Part shown: piece after piece, positions 19,401 to 29,862 of the stretch | Layout: the number at the start of each line of letters is the position of its first letter | How positions within the stretch are numbered: position 1 is the first letter of the stretch | Source: Escherichia phage outra | Length of the DNA stretch: 64,000 bases | Sequence record: MN850645.1 | Reading direction: 5' to 3' (one strand) | Notes under the pieces: generated by a model | Told to the model about the DNA's origin: nothing | What the model saw: the letters and a program-made list of their open reading frames with translations, nothing else | Databases searched by the model: none | Program-made: the position numbers and the translations under genes

Positions 19401-21196
19401 AAATGTTTCTCCCTTTCTAATACCTCTTGCATTTTACCTTTATTATAAGGGCGAGAGTTAGGGGCAGACAGGTATCCTGACACTCTTCTGATTACAGATA
19501 TAGATTCTTCCTCATGATTGCCACAACTTGGACACTCGAAGCCTTTAGCTGTTGCCTTAAATTCACCATGAAAACCACATTTGAAACACTGATCTACAGG
19601 TTGGTTCACGCCAAAATAAGGAATTTTGTTGTAGGCATAATCTACAAGGGTTTCCAGTGCTTGCAAGTTATTTTTAAGGTTTGGTGTTTCTACATAGCCT
19701 ATGTTCCCACCATTACTGATTTGTGCAAAACCTTCCTCATAATCCCACTTTTGGAACGGGGTAGTGTGCATCCACACAGGTTGATGGAAAGAGTTTGTCA
19801 AGTAGTCACGATCAATAGAACCAGGATAGCGATCATTTAATGCTTTGGCAAATTTATAACACAAGGATTCTGCTGGTGTTCCATACAAACTAAAAGCTAA
19901 ACCAGAACGTTCTTTAAATGTGCCACAGATATCCTTCATATATTGAAGGATGTTTTTACCCATTGCTTTTGGATTGGTGTTACCTGGGTATAAAATCTCC
20001 ATAGCTTCTGCTAAACCTACATAACCGATACTAATAGAGGCATAACCACCTTCGAATAGCTTACCAATCTCTTCATTAGCTTCTAGTCGAGCTAAAGCCC
20101 CTTCCATAAACAATGTAGGGTTTTGAGATGCTTTGGTATGTCTAATACGGTTAACACGTAGCATATGTGCCTTATACGCCATCTCCATATGTTGTTCCAA
20201 CAGTTCAGTAAATAAGATGCCCTTTTCACGGGACTCTGCTGCAATGATAGGTAAGTTTAAAGAAACTACGCCTAAGTTGAAACGACCATCATATTTTTCA
20301 CCTTGCTCTGTTGCATAGTATGACAAGAAGCTACGGCAACCCATGCTTGTGACGCGACCATCTGAAGATCCTGTAACTTCTTTGTTTAAAGGTACAGAGA
20401 TAAAATCAGGATAAATGCGTTCAGCACAACACTCCATTGCCAGTTGCTTCAAATCATAATTTGGATCGCCAGCTTTCATGTTAACACCATCTTCCAAGAA
20501 GAAGATAACTTTAGGAAACACAGGAGTTACCCTATCTTTTCCCAATCCTTGTTTGTGCACCATTAGGTAGTTTTTAGTGATCATTCTACCAAAAGCAGAG
20601 GTATCCAAACCTAAACTAATTGTTATAAAAGGTGACTGACCATTTACACTCATTAGAGTGTTCACCTGGTAGATTAAAGTTTGCATTGCATCATAGACCT
20701 GTTTATCTACCATACGCATAGCAATATCATAATCGCCAACATCGGCATATATTTTATTAAAACTTGCTTTAACGTATTGACTAAGCCCAGTATCAACATG
20801 TGCACAAGTTTGTCCACCATATTGGCTAGAAGCTACTGCTTGAATAATTTGAGTTAGGACAGTAGTCGCTACACCGATAGATTTTGGTTTTTCAATATGT
20901 GCATTACCAATACGGAAACCGTTCTCAAGCATATCTTGGTAATTTACCAGGCAACAATTAGTTAAAGGTGAGAGTAAATAATCTAAATCGTGAATGTGAC
21001 CATACCCACTTTTATGCCATTCTGCCAGATCTTCCGGTAAAATATGGGTCATTGCCATGTGCTTGCTTAGGATACCTGCTAGTAAGTCTCGGTGAGTATT
21101 AACAATCATTGCAGGTTTGTTTGCATTTTCACGAGTAAATTCTTCGGATGTTTGTTCGAGGAATCCGATTACATCCTCATATAGTTTTTGGGTCAT
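19397..21196 (-). CDS. nrdD: anaerobic ribonucleoside-triphosphate reductase
   Basis: About 600 aa; C-terminal CFKCGF...CPSCGN zinc ribbon and glycyl-radical-type RVSGYL; start at Met with GGAGG RBS. Confidence 0.9.
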   Translation of the reverse strand: MTQKLYEDVIGFLEQTSEEFTRENANKPAMIVNTHRDLLAGILSKHMAMTHILPEDLAEWHKSGYGHIHDLDYLLSPLTNCCLVNYQDMLENGFRIGNAHIEKPKSIGVATTVLTQIIQAVASSQYGGQTCAHVDTGLSQYVKASFNKIYADVGDYDIAMRMVDKQVYDAMQTLIYQVNTLMSVNGQSPFITISLGLDTSAFGRMITKNYLMVHKQGLGKDRVTPVFPKVIFFLEDGVNMKAGDPNYDLKQLAMECCAERIYPDFISVPLNKEVTGSSDGRVTSMGCRSFLSYYATEQGEKYDGRFNLGVVSLNLPIIAAESREKGILFTELLEQHMEMAYKAHMLRVNRIRHTKASQNPTLFMEGALARLEANEEIGKLFEGGYASISIGYVGLAEAMEILYPGNTNPKAMGKNILQYMKDICGTFKERSGLAFSLYGTPAESLCYKFAKALNDRYPGSIDRDYLTNSFHQPVWMHTTPFQKWDYEEGFAQISNGGNIGYVETPNLKNNLQALETLVDYAYNKIPYFGVNQPVDQCFKCGFHGEFKATAKGFECPSCGNHEEESISVIRRVSGYLSAPNSRPYNKGKMQEVLEREKHF

Positions 21197-21210
21197 TAAT
21201 CCTCCGTGGA

Positions 21211-21240
21211 AAATAAAAGCCAGCATTAAGCTGGCTTTAG
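21211..21240 (-). terminator. Rho-independent terminator (minus strand) between 21286..22236 and nrdD
   Basis: aaagccagcattaagctggcttt flanked by A/T tract. Confidence 0.6.
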
Positions 21241-21285
21241 GGTGGATCTTTATTTTAAATCTTTTTCGTAAGATTGTCCTTGATC

Positions 21286-22236
21286 TTAGTCAAGGTTTTT
21301 GGTAATACGTGTACAACCATCAGAAGTCAAACCGTCAACTTGAGTTTCCCAAGTGCCATGAATATTTCGGAACAATGTTGTTACACCTTTTGGTTCATTA
21401 ATAATGATTGCCATAACAAGTTTAGGATCGATAACAGACATAATCTTTTCCTCAATACCCTCTGTAATAACATTATTACGCACAATATTAATTACATCTT
21501 CTTGTACAGAAAGGGTACTTACGTTCTTAAGAGTATATACCTGCTGCGTAGTGTAAATGATACGAACATAACTTACAGAACGAGTAGGCACAGGTTTACG
21601 CGGTCGGCGAAAACGTGGTTTTGGTGAAGATTCAGTCTTACTTTCATTTTTTGAATAATACTCCTCAAACAGTTTAGTAAATGTTTTTACATCAACTACA
21701 AACCGATCTTTCCTATATGGAGAATTCTTATGTGCACCATTAATACCACTGTTTTCATCGAAGAAAGTAATGTTTTCTTCAGTTGAATATGTTAGATAAT
21801 GGTCTGCATCTTTCCAATGTGGTTGTGGACAATGCGGATTACAAACGGAAAGCAGATAACTAATATCTTCTTCCGTTGCACTAGTATCCAGGAAACACGT
21901 ATTGTGCACAGTCAGTTGTACTTTTGCAACCATATCCATTTCTTTATCCTCGTTGGCAAGATATTCAGTACGAATAATTTCCAGAAAACCTTCAGGTGTT
22001 ACTTCCATAAATGTGTATTCAGGGTGAAGTTCCATATATTCAAATCCACAACCATCTAATTGCTGTAGGAAGTTAGGATAGAAGAACAAGTCATTAACAC
22101 TATGAATCAGATCATTGATTTCTGCTTCAGATGTGTAACCAAAACTTTTGTGAATTGCTTCATTAAGAATATGCAGGATACCCATCTCTTCTGCTGCTTT
22201 TTTAACTTCCAGTTTATTAGCGTAAAATGCAATCAT
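21286..22236 (-). CDS. hypothetical protein
   Basis: 316-aa ORF followed by hairpin terminator at about 21211-21240. Confidence 0.5.
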   Translation of the reverse strand: MIAFYANKLEVKKAAEEMGILHILNEAIHKSFGYTSEAEINDLIHSVNDLFFYPNFLQQLDGCGFEYMELHPEYTFMEVTPEGFLEIIRTEYLANEDKEMDMVAKVQLTVHNTCFLDTSATEEDISYLLSVCNPHCPQPHWKDADHYLTYSTEENITFFDENSGINGAHKNSPYRKDRFVVDVKTFTKLFEEYYSKNESKTESSPKPRFRRPRKPVPTRSVSYVRIIYTTQQVYTLKNVSTLSVQEDVINIVRNNVITEGIEEKIMSVIDPKLVMAIIINEPKGVTTLFRNIHGTWETQVDGLTSDGCTRITKNLD

Positions 22237-22253
22237 TATGTTCTCCTTCTAAA

Positions 22254-22688
22254 TTAGTTTAAAATTTCTTTGGCAATGGTAGAAGCAAGTTTTCCATCAT
22301 ATTGATTAGGATACTCTGCTTTAAGGTGTTTCATCATATCTGGCATTTTCTTGCCTGTCAAGGCAAATTCTTCAGCAATCGCTCGAAGGTCATCTTCAGA
22401 TAGCATTTCTGGCAAATATTTTTCCAGAGTGGTGATATCACGCATAGCTCGCTCACATTTGCTAATGGAAGCATTAACTTTCTTAAGTGAGTCTAGCTCC
22501 TCTTTAGCGTGTGCAATACCAATCTTAACAATGTTAATCATAATATCATCTTCTGATTTATTTAGATTTGCCTTTTGAGTACGCGCAAGGTCAAACTCAC
22601 CAATAATATTAGTTAACAAAGCAAAAGCACCCTTATCGGTTGTACGTGCTAAGATACGATCTGCTTTCATTTGTGTCACAATAGACAT
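22254..22688 (-). CDS. GatB/YqeY-domain protein
   Basis: 144 aa; YLPEMLSEDDLRAIAEEF...GKKMPDMMKHLKAEY...GKLASTIAKEIL matches the YqeY pattern. Confidence 0.55.
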   Translation of the reverse strand: MSIVTQMKADRILARTTDKGAFALLTNIIGEFDLARTQKANLNKSEDDIMINIVKIGIAHAKEELDSLKKVNASISKCERAMRDITTLEKYLPEMLSEDDLRAIAEEFALTGKKMPDMMKHLKAEYPNQYDGKLASTIAKEILN

Positions 22689-22700
22689 TCTATTCTCCTC

Positions 22701-23273
22701 TTATTTGCTAATGCTTTGAGTCTTGTTTACAACACGGTTTATTGCCAGTGAAGCCCTAGGCTCTGCAATACCTGTTGCATAGATATAAGGATGACCTTTT
22801 GGAGACTCCCTCATACCGAATGAACCTAATTCTAAACCATATTCATCCTCTACGTCAACCCCAATATTAGTGGGTACTAAATATGTTTTAACTCCATAAT
22901 AAGTAGAGAAGAAACAGCGCATAGAGTTAGCATACTCTTCAATTGTAGCATCAGGGTAGAACTCAATCAACTCCAATTTCAAGAAAATATTAAAATGGGT
23001 ATCATCTAAATTTTCTTCTGTGCGGTAACATGGTGTTAGTGCCATATACGGATTACCTACTGCAAATTCAAAACCATCCTTCTCCATTTGCAGGAAAGAT
23101 TGTTCTGCACTAGCTACATAGTATTTACCGTTAGGATGCCCTAATGGGCGATCCTCTTTATTTTCTGGTAGTGTATACGCCAGTATATCAGCATCCACGA
23201 GATATGGAACTTCCAACATTTGTGCAAATCGACCATAGTAATCAATAGCTTGAGCTATTACTGCAACATTCAT
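22701..23273 (-). CDS. hypothetical protein
   Basis: 190-aa ORF; no confident domain. Confidence 0.45.
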   Translation of the reverse strand: MNVAVIAQAIDYYGRFAQMLEVPYLVDADILAYTLPENKEDRPLGHPNGKYYVASAEQSFLQMEKDGFEFAVGNPYMALTPCYRTEENLDDTHFNIFLKLELIEFYPDATIEEYANSMRCFFSTYYGVKTYLVPTNIGVDVEDEYGLELGSFGMRESPKGHPYIYATGIAEPRASLAINRVVNKTQSISK

Positions 23274-23521
23274 GATCGACCTCCATTGCGGAATGCACGT
23301 TTAGTAATGTTTGACATAGTGATCAAATCTTGAAGCGTCATACCAGGAAAATGCTGTTCAAGAACACCTTCAACAGCGCCTACAATATCTGATAACTCAA
23401 TAAGTTGCATCAGCTTGCAATCTTGATCAATAGCATCTTGAAGTTCATAAAGCTCTTCTTGAATCTTAGCAACAGAACCATATTCCTCTTTGCTAATCTC
23501 CTTCAAATGATACCCTGCCAC
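23270..23521 (-). CDS. MazG/HisE-like nucleotide pyrophosphohydrolase-like small protein
   Basis: 83 aa; EELYELQDAI...LIELSDIVGAVEGVLEQH resembles the all-alpha NTP-PPase helix pair. Confidence 0.4.
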   Translation of the reverse strand: MAGYHLKEISKEEYGSVAKIQEELYELQDAIDQDCKLMQLIELSDIVGAVEGVLEQHFPGMTLQDLITMSNITKRAFRNGGRS

Positions 23522-23533
23522 TTTAACCCCCCC

Positions 23534-25270
23534 TTAGTTTACCAGTTTATTTATATCTGGTAAAAGATTTATTTCACCTAAGAAATCACCTTCACCTTCC
23601 TCTAGCCAACTCTCATATGCTTGTGCATGATTATAGTTACCATCAAAAGAATCTGCAACAAATTTTTCTACAGTTTTTCGAGATGTGCCAGCGCCAAATA
23701 CACCAAGTTTAATACCATTGATCGGTAAAGTGGTACTTGTGGGTACTTTCTCTGTTGCAACACGGTTGATATCTATAATCTCCTGTACGGTTGTGTTCCA
23801 TTGTAAGCATTTAACACAACGGGTATGCGCTACATACAGTAGGTTTCGCTCTGCCTCTTCCAGTCCTACCCATTCACCAGTCTTTTTATCATAGTTGGAA
23901 GGAAAATCATTAGCAACAATAACCTGATCCCACTCCAAACCTTTAGACTTGTGTGCTGTAGTCAGTGTGACTTTTGCTGTAGGAGAATTTCTATGCGTTC
24001 TAAGTGTATGTGCTATAGTGTTTGCCTTACCAGAAACTACGATGTTTAACAAGCGTTTAGCATCTGGATCAGCCTCTGCACACTCAACAAATTCATCCCA
24101 GTCTGCGTAAGGTAATACAGTTTCATGTTTTACTTTCTCAATATCTCCTCTCCGAAGAGCATTAACACTATCTACCATAGAGATAAAATCCCTGGTATCT
24201 ACGTTAATAATAATTTCTTCCCCATCTGCAATACGATCCATTGCCTCCATAAGCAAGGTTAAATTCTTGCGAAAGATGATAGTGTAAGGTTTTGTATAGT
24301 CTACAACATCTGATTTGTAGCTACCTACTACAGTATCAAAACCTTTACCAACCAAAGGATGACGCAAAGGTTCTTTATCGCTTAAAATCATATTGGCAAT
24401 GTTTGCCACTTTGGGGCCAAAACGGAAGCAAGCAGTTAATGGAAGCTCTGCCCCATATGTAGAGGTTTCCTTCATCATATTTTGGCTTCCACGGAACTGG
24501 TAGATGCTCTGATATTCGTCACCCACCACTACTACTTGTTTTGCAGATTTAGCATTTCGCAGAATAGACAAGAATGCAGGGTTAACATCCTGGAATTCAT
24601 CACCAAAAATAATATCATAACCAAGATCAGCACCAGATAATTCAAACAATTTTACATAGGTGTCATGCGTCATCAAAGTATCTGTGTTAGGATCGATGCG
24701 CTCTCGCCACAATTGTTTTGCATACTTAACTACTTCTGTAATTAGTTTGTGTTCGTTAATACCTTTTCTTTTAATATCTGCAAGATGTACACTAGGAAAA
24801 TGTTTACGGCTGATAAAAGGATCATCCGAAAATTCAAACTTACCTACGGTTTGCTTGATCATTAAACCGATCATAGCACGAGTTAAAAGTGTTTTCCCTC
24901 GTTTATCAATAAGATTATTAATCTTAAATTTCTTTGCTATCTCACTACCTGTACCTGCAACGTTAACATACTGTCCTTCTGGTCGTGACAGTTTTGCACG
25001 TAAACGATGATCCAGGAATTGATAGCAAATAGAATGCAATGTACGGCATTCTACATTTAGTGGCATCTTACGTCGTGCTTCTTCTGCCATGCTTTTATTG
25101 AAAGCTAAGTAAAGAATGCGATCTTCTGTACTGTTAGCCAGCAAATAAAGTGTTGACGTTTTGCCTGATCCAGATTTAGCTTGGATAGTTAAAAAGCGAT
25201 GGTCTGGAAAAGCCTCCTTAATAGCTGTCTGCTCTTCTGTTGGAGTGAAGCTCAACTCTTTCTTAGCCAT
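23534..25270 (-). CDS. UvrD/Rep-like superfamily 1 DNA helicase
   Basis: Walker A SGSGKTST, VVGDEYQSIYQFRG (SF1 motif III), IFGDEFQD; start at Met overlapping upstream stop. Confidence 0.8.
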   Translation of the reverse strand: MAKKELSFTPTEEQTAIKEAFPDHRFLTIQAKSGSGKTSTLYLLANSTEDRILYLAFNKSMAEEARRKMPLNVECRTLHSICYQFLDHRLRAKLSRPEGQYVNVAGTGSEIAKKFKINNLIDKRGKTLLTRAMIGLMIKQTVGKFEFSDDPFISRKHFPSVHLADIKRKGINEHKLITEVVKYAKQLWRERIDPNTDTLMTHDTYVKLFELSGADLGYDIIFGDEFQDVNPAFLSILRNAKSAKQVVVVGDEYQSIYQFRGSQNMMKETSTYGAELPLTACFRFGPKVANIANMILSDKEPLRHPLVGKGFDTVVGSYKSDVVDYTKPYTIIFRKNLTLLMEAMDRIADGEEIIINVDTRDFISMVDSVNALRRGDIEKVKHETVLPYADWDEFVECAEADPDAKRLLNIVVSGKANTIAHTLRTHRNSPTAKVTLTTAHKSKGLEWDQVIVANDFPSNYDKKTGEWVGLEEAERNLLYVAHTRCVKCLQWNTTVQEIIDINRVATEKVPTSTTLPINGIKLGVFGAGTSRKTVEKFVADSFDGNYNHAQAYESWLEEGEGDFLGEINLLPDINKLVN

Positions 25271-25271
25271 T

Positions 25272-25748
25272 TCAACCTCTCTTAATTTGTTTAACAAGCA
25301 TAGGAACAAAATCTCGTTTTAAAATTTGTTCAATAATGTGATCAGGTAGCTGTTGGAAATTATAATTAAATGCTACTGTCTCACCTTTAGGTGTTTCTAC
25401 CCGCACATATAACATGTTACGAAGTTTATCCACTTGTGCTGTATATTCTAAACCATGTAATTGATGCATTGCAAACATCAAATCATCAGTTTCAGTTTGG
25501 AATCTATCATTTGCTTGCATCAAGGACAAGGTAAAAGGTAGATTTTCCCTAAGAGCCACCTTCTTAGGAACTAGTGAAGGAAAATACTCACCAATAACTT
25601 CCTGTGTAAGCTGGATACACTCTTTTTCAAGTTGGTTTTGTTCCTTGAGTTCACAAACACTTTTTTGTAAAGTGTTAACCTCTTTTTGCAAAGCTGCTAG
25701 TTGAGCACTTAACTTTCTTTTTTGATTACGACCAAAACGTTTAGACAT
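25272..25748 (-). CDS. hypothetical protein
   Basis: 158-aa ORF. Confidence 0.45.
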   Translation of the reverse strand: MSKRFGRNQKRKLSAQLAALQKEVNTLQKSVCELKEQNQLEKECIQLTQEVIGEYFPSLVPKKVALRENLPFTLSLMQANDRFQTETDDLMFAMHQLHGLEYTAQVDKLRNMLYVRVETPKGETVAFNYNFQQLPDHIIEQILKRDFVPMLVKQIKRG

Positions 25749-25757
25749 ATTTCCCCC

Positions 25758-26273
25758 CTAGTAAAACCCTTTAACAATCTGTATTAACTCGGCACAACGG
25801 TTGACCAACTTTTCCTCATACAATACACGTTGTGGCATATGTTGTATAATATACTCCATTTGCTCATGCCATGTCCACTTCTCTTTTTTGTCTGGGATAA
25901 CATCACTAGCACGAGAATTATCTTTTAATGTTTGTATAATCCAATTGCTTGGAAAGTGCTCTCCACCTTTCTTAAATGGTTTATAGTGGCCTAGAGTAAA
26001 TTGAGAATCCCCTGTTAGAGCACCCAATTTATTTAGATGGATAATCAAACTACGAAACACGTAGTATTCATAGATGTTATCCACCGTATAGCAAGCATAA
26101 TATTTCAAGATGCCCTTATCTCGCGGATACTTACCAACATCCAGATTGCACCAGTTAACATTTTCTGGATCATAGTGGTGTTCCTTAAGCCATATTTCTC
26201 TTTCATCAAAGTCTGGATATATTACCGCCCTGCTTACAGAGTCAACAAGTGGAGATTGAGCATCAAAAAACAT
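25758..26273 (-). CDS. hypothetical protein
   Basis: 171-aa ORF. Confidence 0.45.
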   Translation of the reverse strand: MFFDAQSPLVDSVSRAVIYPDFDEREIWLKEHHYDPENVNWCNLDVGKYPRDKGILKYYACYTVDNIYEYYVFRSLIIHLNKLGALTGDSQFTLGHYKPFKKGGEHFPSNWIIQTLKDNSRASDVIPDKKEKWTWHEQMEYIIQHMPQRVLYEEKLVNRCAELIQIVKGFY

Positions 26274-26294
26274 TATATTTTCCTTATTGGTTTG

Positions 26295-26660
26295 TTAAAC
26301 GTTTTCTAAATCTTTTAAGGCATTACCCAACGTTAGAACAATAACATCGTTTGCTGCCTCTTCCCCATTGATATTGGTGAAATTTGGTGTGACAAAAGTA
26401 ACCATATAAAACTCGTCCACCTGGAAGACAGCAATAACACCATCCATCTTAACATCTTGACGAAAGGAAAAACCAATCATCTTCTCTTGCAAAGGCATAT
26501 CCCCTTCCTTCATTACCGCCAGGGAGTTTTCAGGAATGTTATATTTATCTGATCCGATGTAGATGTACGTAATGTTATCTTTATCGTGATGATACAGGGT
26601 TGCTTTTTCCATATCTAAACCTGACAGATCAAATACGTTAATTTCTTGTGTAGTCTTCAT
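26295..26660 (-). CDS. hypothetical protein
   Basis: Start moved to internal Met with GGAGG RBS. Confidence 0.4.
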   Translation of the reverse strand: MKTTQEINVFDLSGLDMEKATLYHHDKDNITYIYIGSDKYNIPENSLAVMKEGDMPLQEKMIGFSFRQDVKMDGVIAVFQVDEFYMVTFVTPNFTNINGEEAANDVIVLTLGNALKDLENV

Positions 26661-27024
26661 AAATATCCTCCCAAATCCAATAATCATCTGTGTAAGTAGG
26701 ATGCCTTTTATCCCACTCTGCTCTAGCCCAAGCAACCGCTGCTACCAACACATCACCATGACAAGGTTGAGGTGCGCAGAAGCAAACTAAGTCTTTCCCT
26801 TCTAATTCTAACAAATCCTCAAGAGTGATTTTACCACAACGAATTTGTTCCCACAACCACTCTTTATATCTTTGTATAGTTGACCCTCGTGGTTCATCAT
26901 CCTTTAACTTAAAAGGATTTGCAAACTTTGAGGCTTTTAACCCCATATGAGGCATAGCTCTGCCAATGTAAACTGCACCTTCAGGTATTACTTTACCTAA
27001 GTGGTAAAAATTTAATACTTTCAT
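26638..27024 (-). CDS. hypothetical protein (DUF4326-like C.C.P..CHGD motif)
   Basis: CFCAPQPCHGDVL motif; start at Met next to upstream stop. Confidence 0.35.
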   Translation of the reverse strand: MKVLNFYHLGKVIPEGAVYIGRAMPHMGLKASKFANPFKLKDDEPRGSTIQRYKEWLWEQIRCGKITLEDLLELEGKDLVCFCAPQPCHGDVLVAAVAWARAEWDKRHPTYTDDYWIWEDIYEDYTRN

Positions 27025-27025
27025 A

Positions 27026-27376
27026 TTAACCCAAACACATCTGTGCAATCAAGCCCTGTATAAATTTATTAGCTTCTTTACTGTCGTAGTCAGTCTCTTC
27101 TGGATATCCATCTTCATCGTACACAACTGTACCTTCAATATACCCTGCCTCAATTAAGGCGCGGATCATATCAAATTGCCAGCATGAGTTACCAAATGGA
27201 CGTTTACCATTAAAACACTCTTCTTCTCTCCATAACGTAGAGAGTAGTTGTCGGAAATATTCCCGTACAGTGACAGTACCAAGATCTGAATCCTCAAACA
27301 TAACATCCAGGGCATCAGGATTGCTTTTCTCTACGTAAGGAATATATTTAACACCATTAATAGTTACATCAAGCAT
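27026..27376 (-). CDS. hypothetical protein
   Basis: 116-aa ORF. Confidence 0.4.
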   Translation of the reverse strand: MLDVTINGVKYIPYVEKSNPDALDVMFEDSDLGTVTVREYFRQLLSTLWREEECFNGKRPFGNSCWQFDMIRALIEAGYIEGTVVYDEDGYPEETDYDSKEANKFIQGLIAQMCLG

Positions 27377-27739
27377 TTATTTCTCCTTATCATCATATTC
27401 TAGGAACATATCTGCACGATATGCTTTACGCTCTTCAAACTTAGCAGGATCTACAACAATAAGCAATACAAGGTTAACATCTAAATACTTTTTAACAAAT
27501 AGAAATAAATCTTTTCCACAGTTAAAACCTACACCAGTATAGGCATCCCCATATTGATCTACTGATTTAATCTTCTTACTAACCGTACATTCTATGCTAT
27601 TCTTTTCTTCTTGGTATAAGGCTTTCCCACCCCAATATGTAAAGAATTTAGTACCGTCAGCACCAAGTTTAAAACCTTCTGTTGCATGTCCAGCAAATGA
27701 AAGTAAACATAACCAAGTAATCATCAGGTACTTTAGCAT
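27377..27739 (-). CDS. secreted protein (signal peptide)
   Basis: MLKYLMITWLCLLSFAGHA hydrophobic leader. Confidence 0.4.
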   Translation of the reverse strand: MLKYLMITWLCLLSFAGHATEGFKLGADGTKFFTYWGGKALYQEEKNSIECTVSKKIKSVDQYGDAYTGVGFNCGKDLFLFVKKYLDVNLVLLIVVDPAKFEERKAYRADMFLEYDDKEK

Positions 27740-27740
27740 T

Positions 27741-28223
27741 TTAACCACCCAATTGCAAATGTTTAGAAAGAACAATATCCCACTGATCACCACAACCATT
27801 ATCTATGCGGAACATAATGTACGTATCATCTTCTTCTACGACATATAATACCTCATAGGAATTACAACAGCCTTCCCAATTTTTAACAGCCTCTGGTGTA
27901 TGATGTGTAAGGATTTCATTACCATCATATGACCAAAACAAAGGGGTAAGGTTTTCGAAGGTCAGTGAAGTAGGGTTTACTTCATCTTTAACTGCTTCCT
28001 CATATTCTTTATGCGTTTGTACTGCTTTAGTTAGTGTACTCATGTCTATCTCCTTTTCTCCTTCTTGACTATGGAGGATAGCGAACTCTCTAAACTCCAC
28101 CTCACGCCATGTTTTCAGGTAGTGCTTTATAATTTGATCAACATCTACCTGTTCAACGTTACTTTTCAAGCAATAGTAGTCATGGTCTTCACCCATTCTA
28201 CCCCATATGCTATACATTGTCAT
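27741..28223 (-). CDS. hypothetical protein
   Basis: 160-aa ORF. Confidence 0.4.
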   Translation of the reverse strand: MTMYSIWGRMGEDHDYYCLKSNVEQVDVDQIIKHYLKTWREVEFREFAILHSQEGEKEIDMSTLTKAVQTHKEYEEAVKDEVNPTSLTFENLTPLFWSYDGNEILTHHTPEAVKNWEGCCNSYEVLYVVEEDDTYIMFRIDNGCGDQWDIVLSKHLQLGG

Positions 28224-28491
28224 CTGATTGATCCTTCACATTGTTCTTGGCATACACAGGAATAACATCATGGTGATCTTTATTACTTTCGTCTGTTAAA
28301 GCCCAAAACAACTTACCTGCCGGATGTTTAAAGATGTAAGCAATAGGTTCCTCTTCCTGTGCTTCTTTGCTACGGATGCCATCCCGCCAGGCAAGCCAAG
28401 TGTAGATCATCATCTCTTGACGTTCTTCTTCATTAGGCCACAGATGGGGTAGAAAGTTTTTATCAAACCATTGCTTAAACTCTTCAGTCAT
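28210..28491 (-). CDS. hypothetical protein
   Basis: 93-aa ORF. Confidence 0.4.
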   Translation of the reverse strand: MTEEFKQWFDKNFLPHLWPNEEERQEMMIYTWLAWRDGIRSKEAQEEEPIAYIFKHPAGKLFWALTDESNKDHHDVIPVYAKNNVKDQSDDNV

Positions 28492-28726
28492 AATCTACTC
28501 CTTAGCGTACAAAGTTAACTTCTGCTTCTTTCAGCTTTGACACTTCTACATAACCACCATGATCATCTTTAATCCATTCTTTTCCTTTTCGGATGATAAC
28601 AGGGTAGGTAGAGTGAGTAAGTTTAGGTACAGATCTTTTTGTTTTAGTGATAGAAATGTTTTGCATAGTAGTCTCCTTAGTAAATTTTACATAGAATCTA
28701 GATTATTTAGTAGGTAGAGTCAATAA

Positions 28727-28993
28727 CTAATTACTGTTAGATCTGTACTCTGTCTTCCATTCACAATGGTAAACTTCAACAGGTTCTAACTTCCAGTGTT
28801 CAGGAACTAGTTCAGGACAATATCTACAAAAGAGAAATAGATAGATAACTAAGACAGGTATTAAATAGTAAAATGGTATACGATCATAACCATACTTACG
28901 AGATAACATGTAGACATATAGATAGGGTATAACAATTAATCCTATAACTATAAGTAAGAAGAGAAGTATAAACCTTAGTGTAGTAACATCCAT
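28727..28993 (-). CDS. small membrane protein
   Basis: 88 aa, two hydrophobic helices. Confidence 0.4.
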   Translation of the reverse strand: MDVTTLRFILLFLLIVIGLIVIPYLYVYMLSRKYGYDRIPFYYLIPVLVIYLFLFCRYCPELVPEHWKLEPVEVYHCEWKTEYRSNSN

Positions 28994-29157
28994 AGTATTC
29001 TCCTATACAGTAATATACTCTGTTCCTGCCCCTCCATGAGTGACAGGAACAATATCTATAGAGAATACTAACTCGCTTCGCTCGTCACCTTTCAGGTTTA
29101 GGGTAGCATGTTTTTCTGAAAAAGTCAATACTCTCCACAAAACTTTACAAAATACTT

Positions 29158-29430
29158 TTACATAGGTACAACAGAGTCTGTTTTGAAGTCGTACATATGA
29201 TTTACACCTGTGATTTTTGACATAGAGATTGCACGTTTAGCACCTGCAATTACCTGGTCTGTCTTCTTAATCTCTTCACGGAACTTACGTACAGTTAAAG
29301 AGAAGAAACGATGATCCATCCATTGACGATTCACACGATCACGCTTGAAGTGACGGAAATCTTCAATCTGCTTATTGCGCAATCGGCGCAGTACATGCAA
29401 TAGTTGATAGTAAGGGTGTTTATTTTTCAT
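29158..29430 (-). CDS. hypothetical basic protein
   Basis: 90-aa ORF. Confidence 0.4.
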   Translation of the reverse strand: MKNKHPYYQLLHVLRRLRNKQIEDFRHFKRDRVNRQWMDHRFFSLTVRKFREEIKKTDQVIAGAKRAISMSKITGVNHMYDFKTDSVVPM

Positions 29431-29433
29431 AAA

Positions 29434-29862
29434 TTATTCTCCAAATCGAAAATCGTCAATATCATCAAACCATACACAATGGCGAGTCCTTTCTTTTTCT
29501 GTTGCAGACATTGTTTCAACAGCTTTAGGACTAAGCACAACAGGAGTGTAACGAATAGGTCGTTCATAATAGTAGCCATACTTTTCTGTATTAGCTGCCT
29601 CAAAGACTTTACGGCGTTCTTCAAGATCTTCTATGGTGAATCCTACCATATAGCCATCATATTTGCTACCCCATCCTTCCTCGCTTTCAACAATCGGGAT
29701 ATAAAAGCCGTTACGCGTCCCTAACGCTGGTTTTTCTTGAGCCTGAAGGCAAGCCTCCCATCCTGCTTTAAAGACGTTATAGAGCGATTTACGCACGTTA
29801 TGAGTGCCGCTTTCGCTTGCTGGATAGAGTTCATTAAATTTATCTTGGATTTGTTGTGTCAT
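29434..29862 (-). CDS. hypothetical protein
   Basis: 142-aa ORF. Confidence 0.45.
   Translation of the reverse strand: MTQQIQDKFNELYPASESGTHNVRKSLYNVFKAGWEACLQAQEKPALGTRNGFYIPIVESEEGWGSKYDGYMVGFTIEDLEERRKVFEAANTEKYGYYYERPIRYTPVVLSPKAVETMSATEKERTRHCVWFDDIDDFRFGE

Noticed and set aside
19397-21196. Possible intron or intein interrupting nrdD
   Set aside because: The reading frame is continuous from start to the C-terminal Zn-ribbon and glycyl-radical region, and the length is typical for NrdD; no evidence of an insertion.
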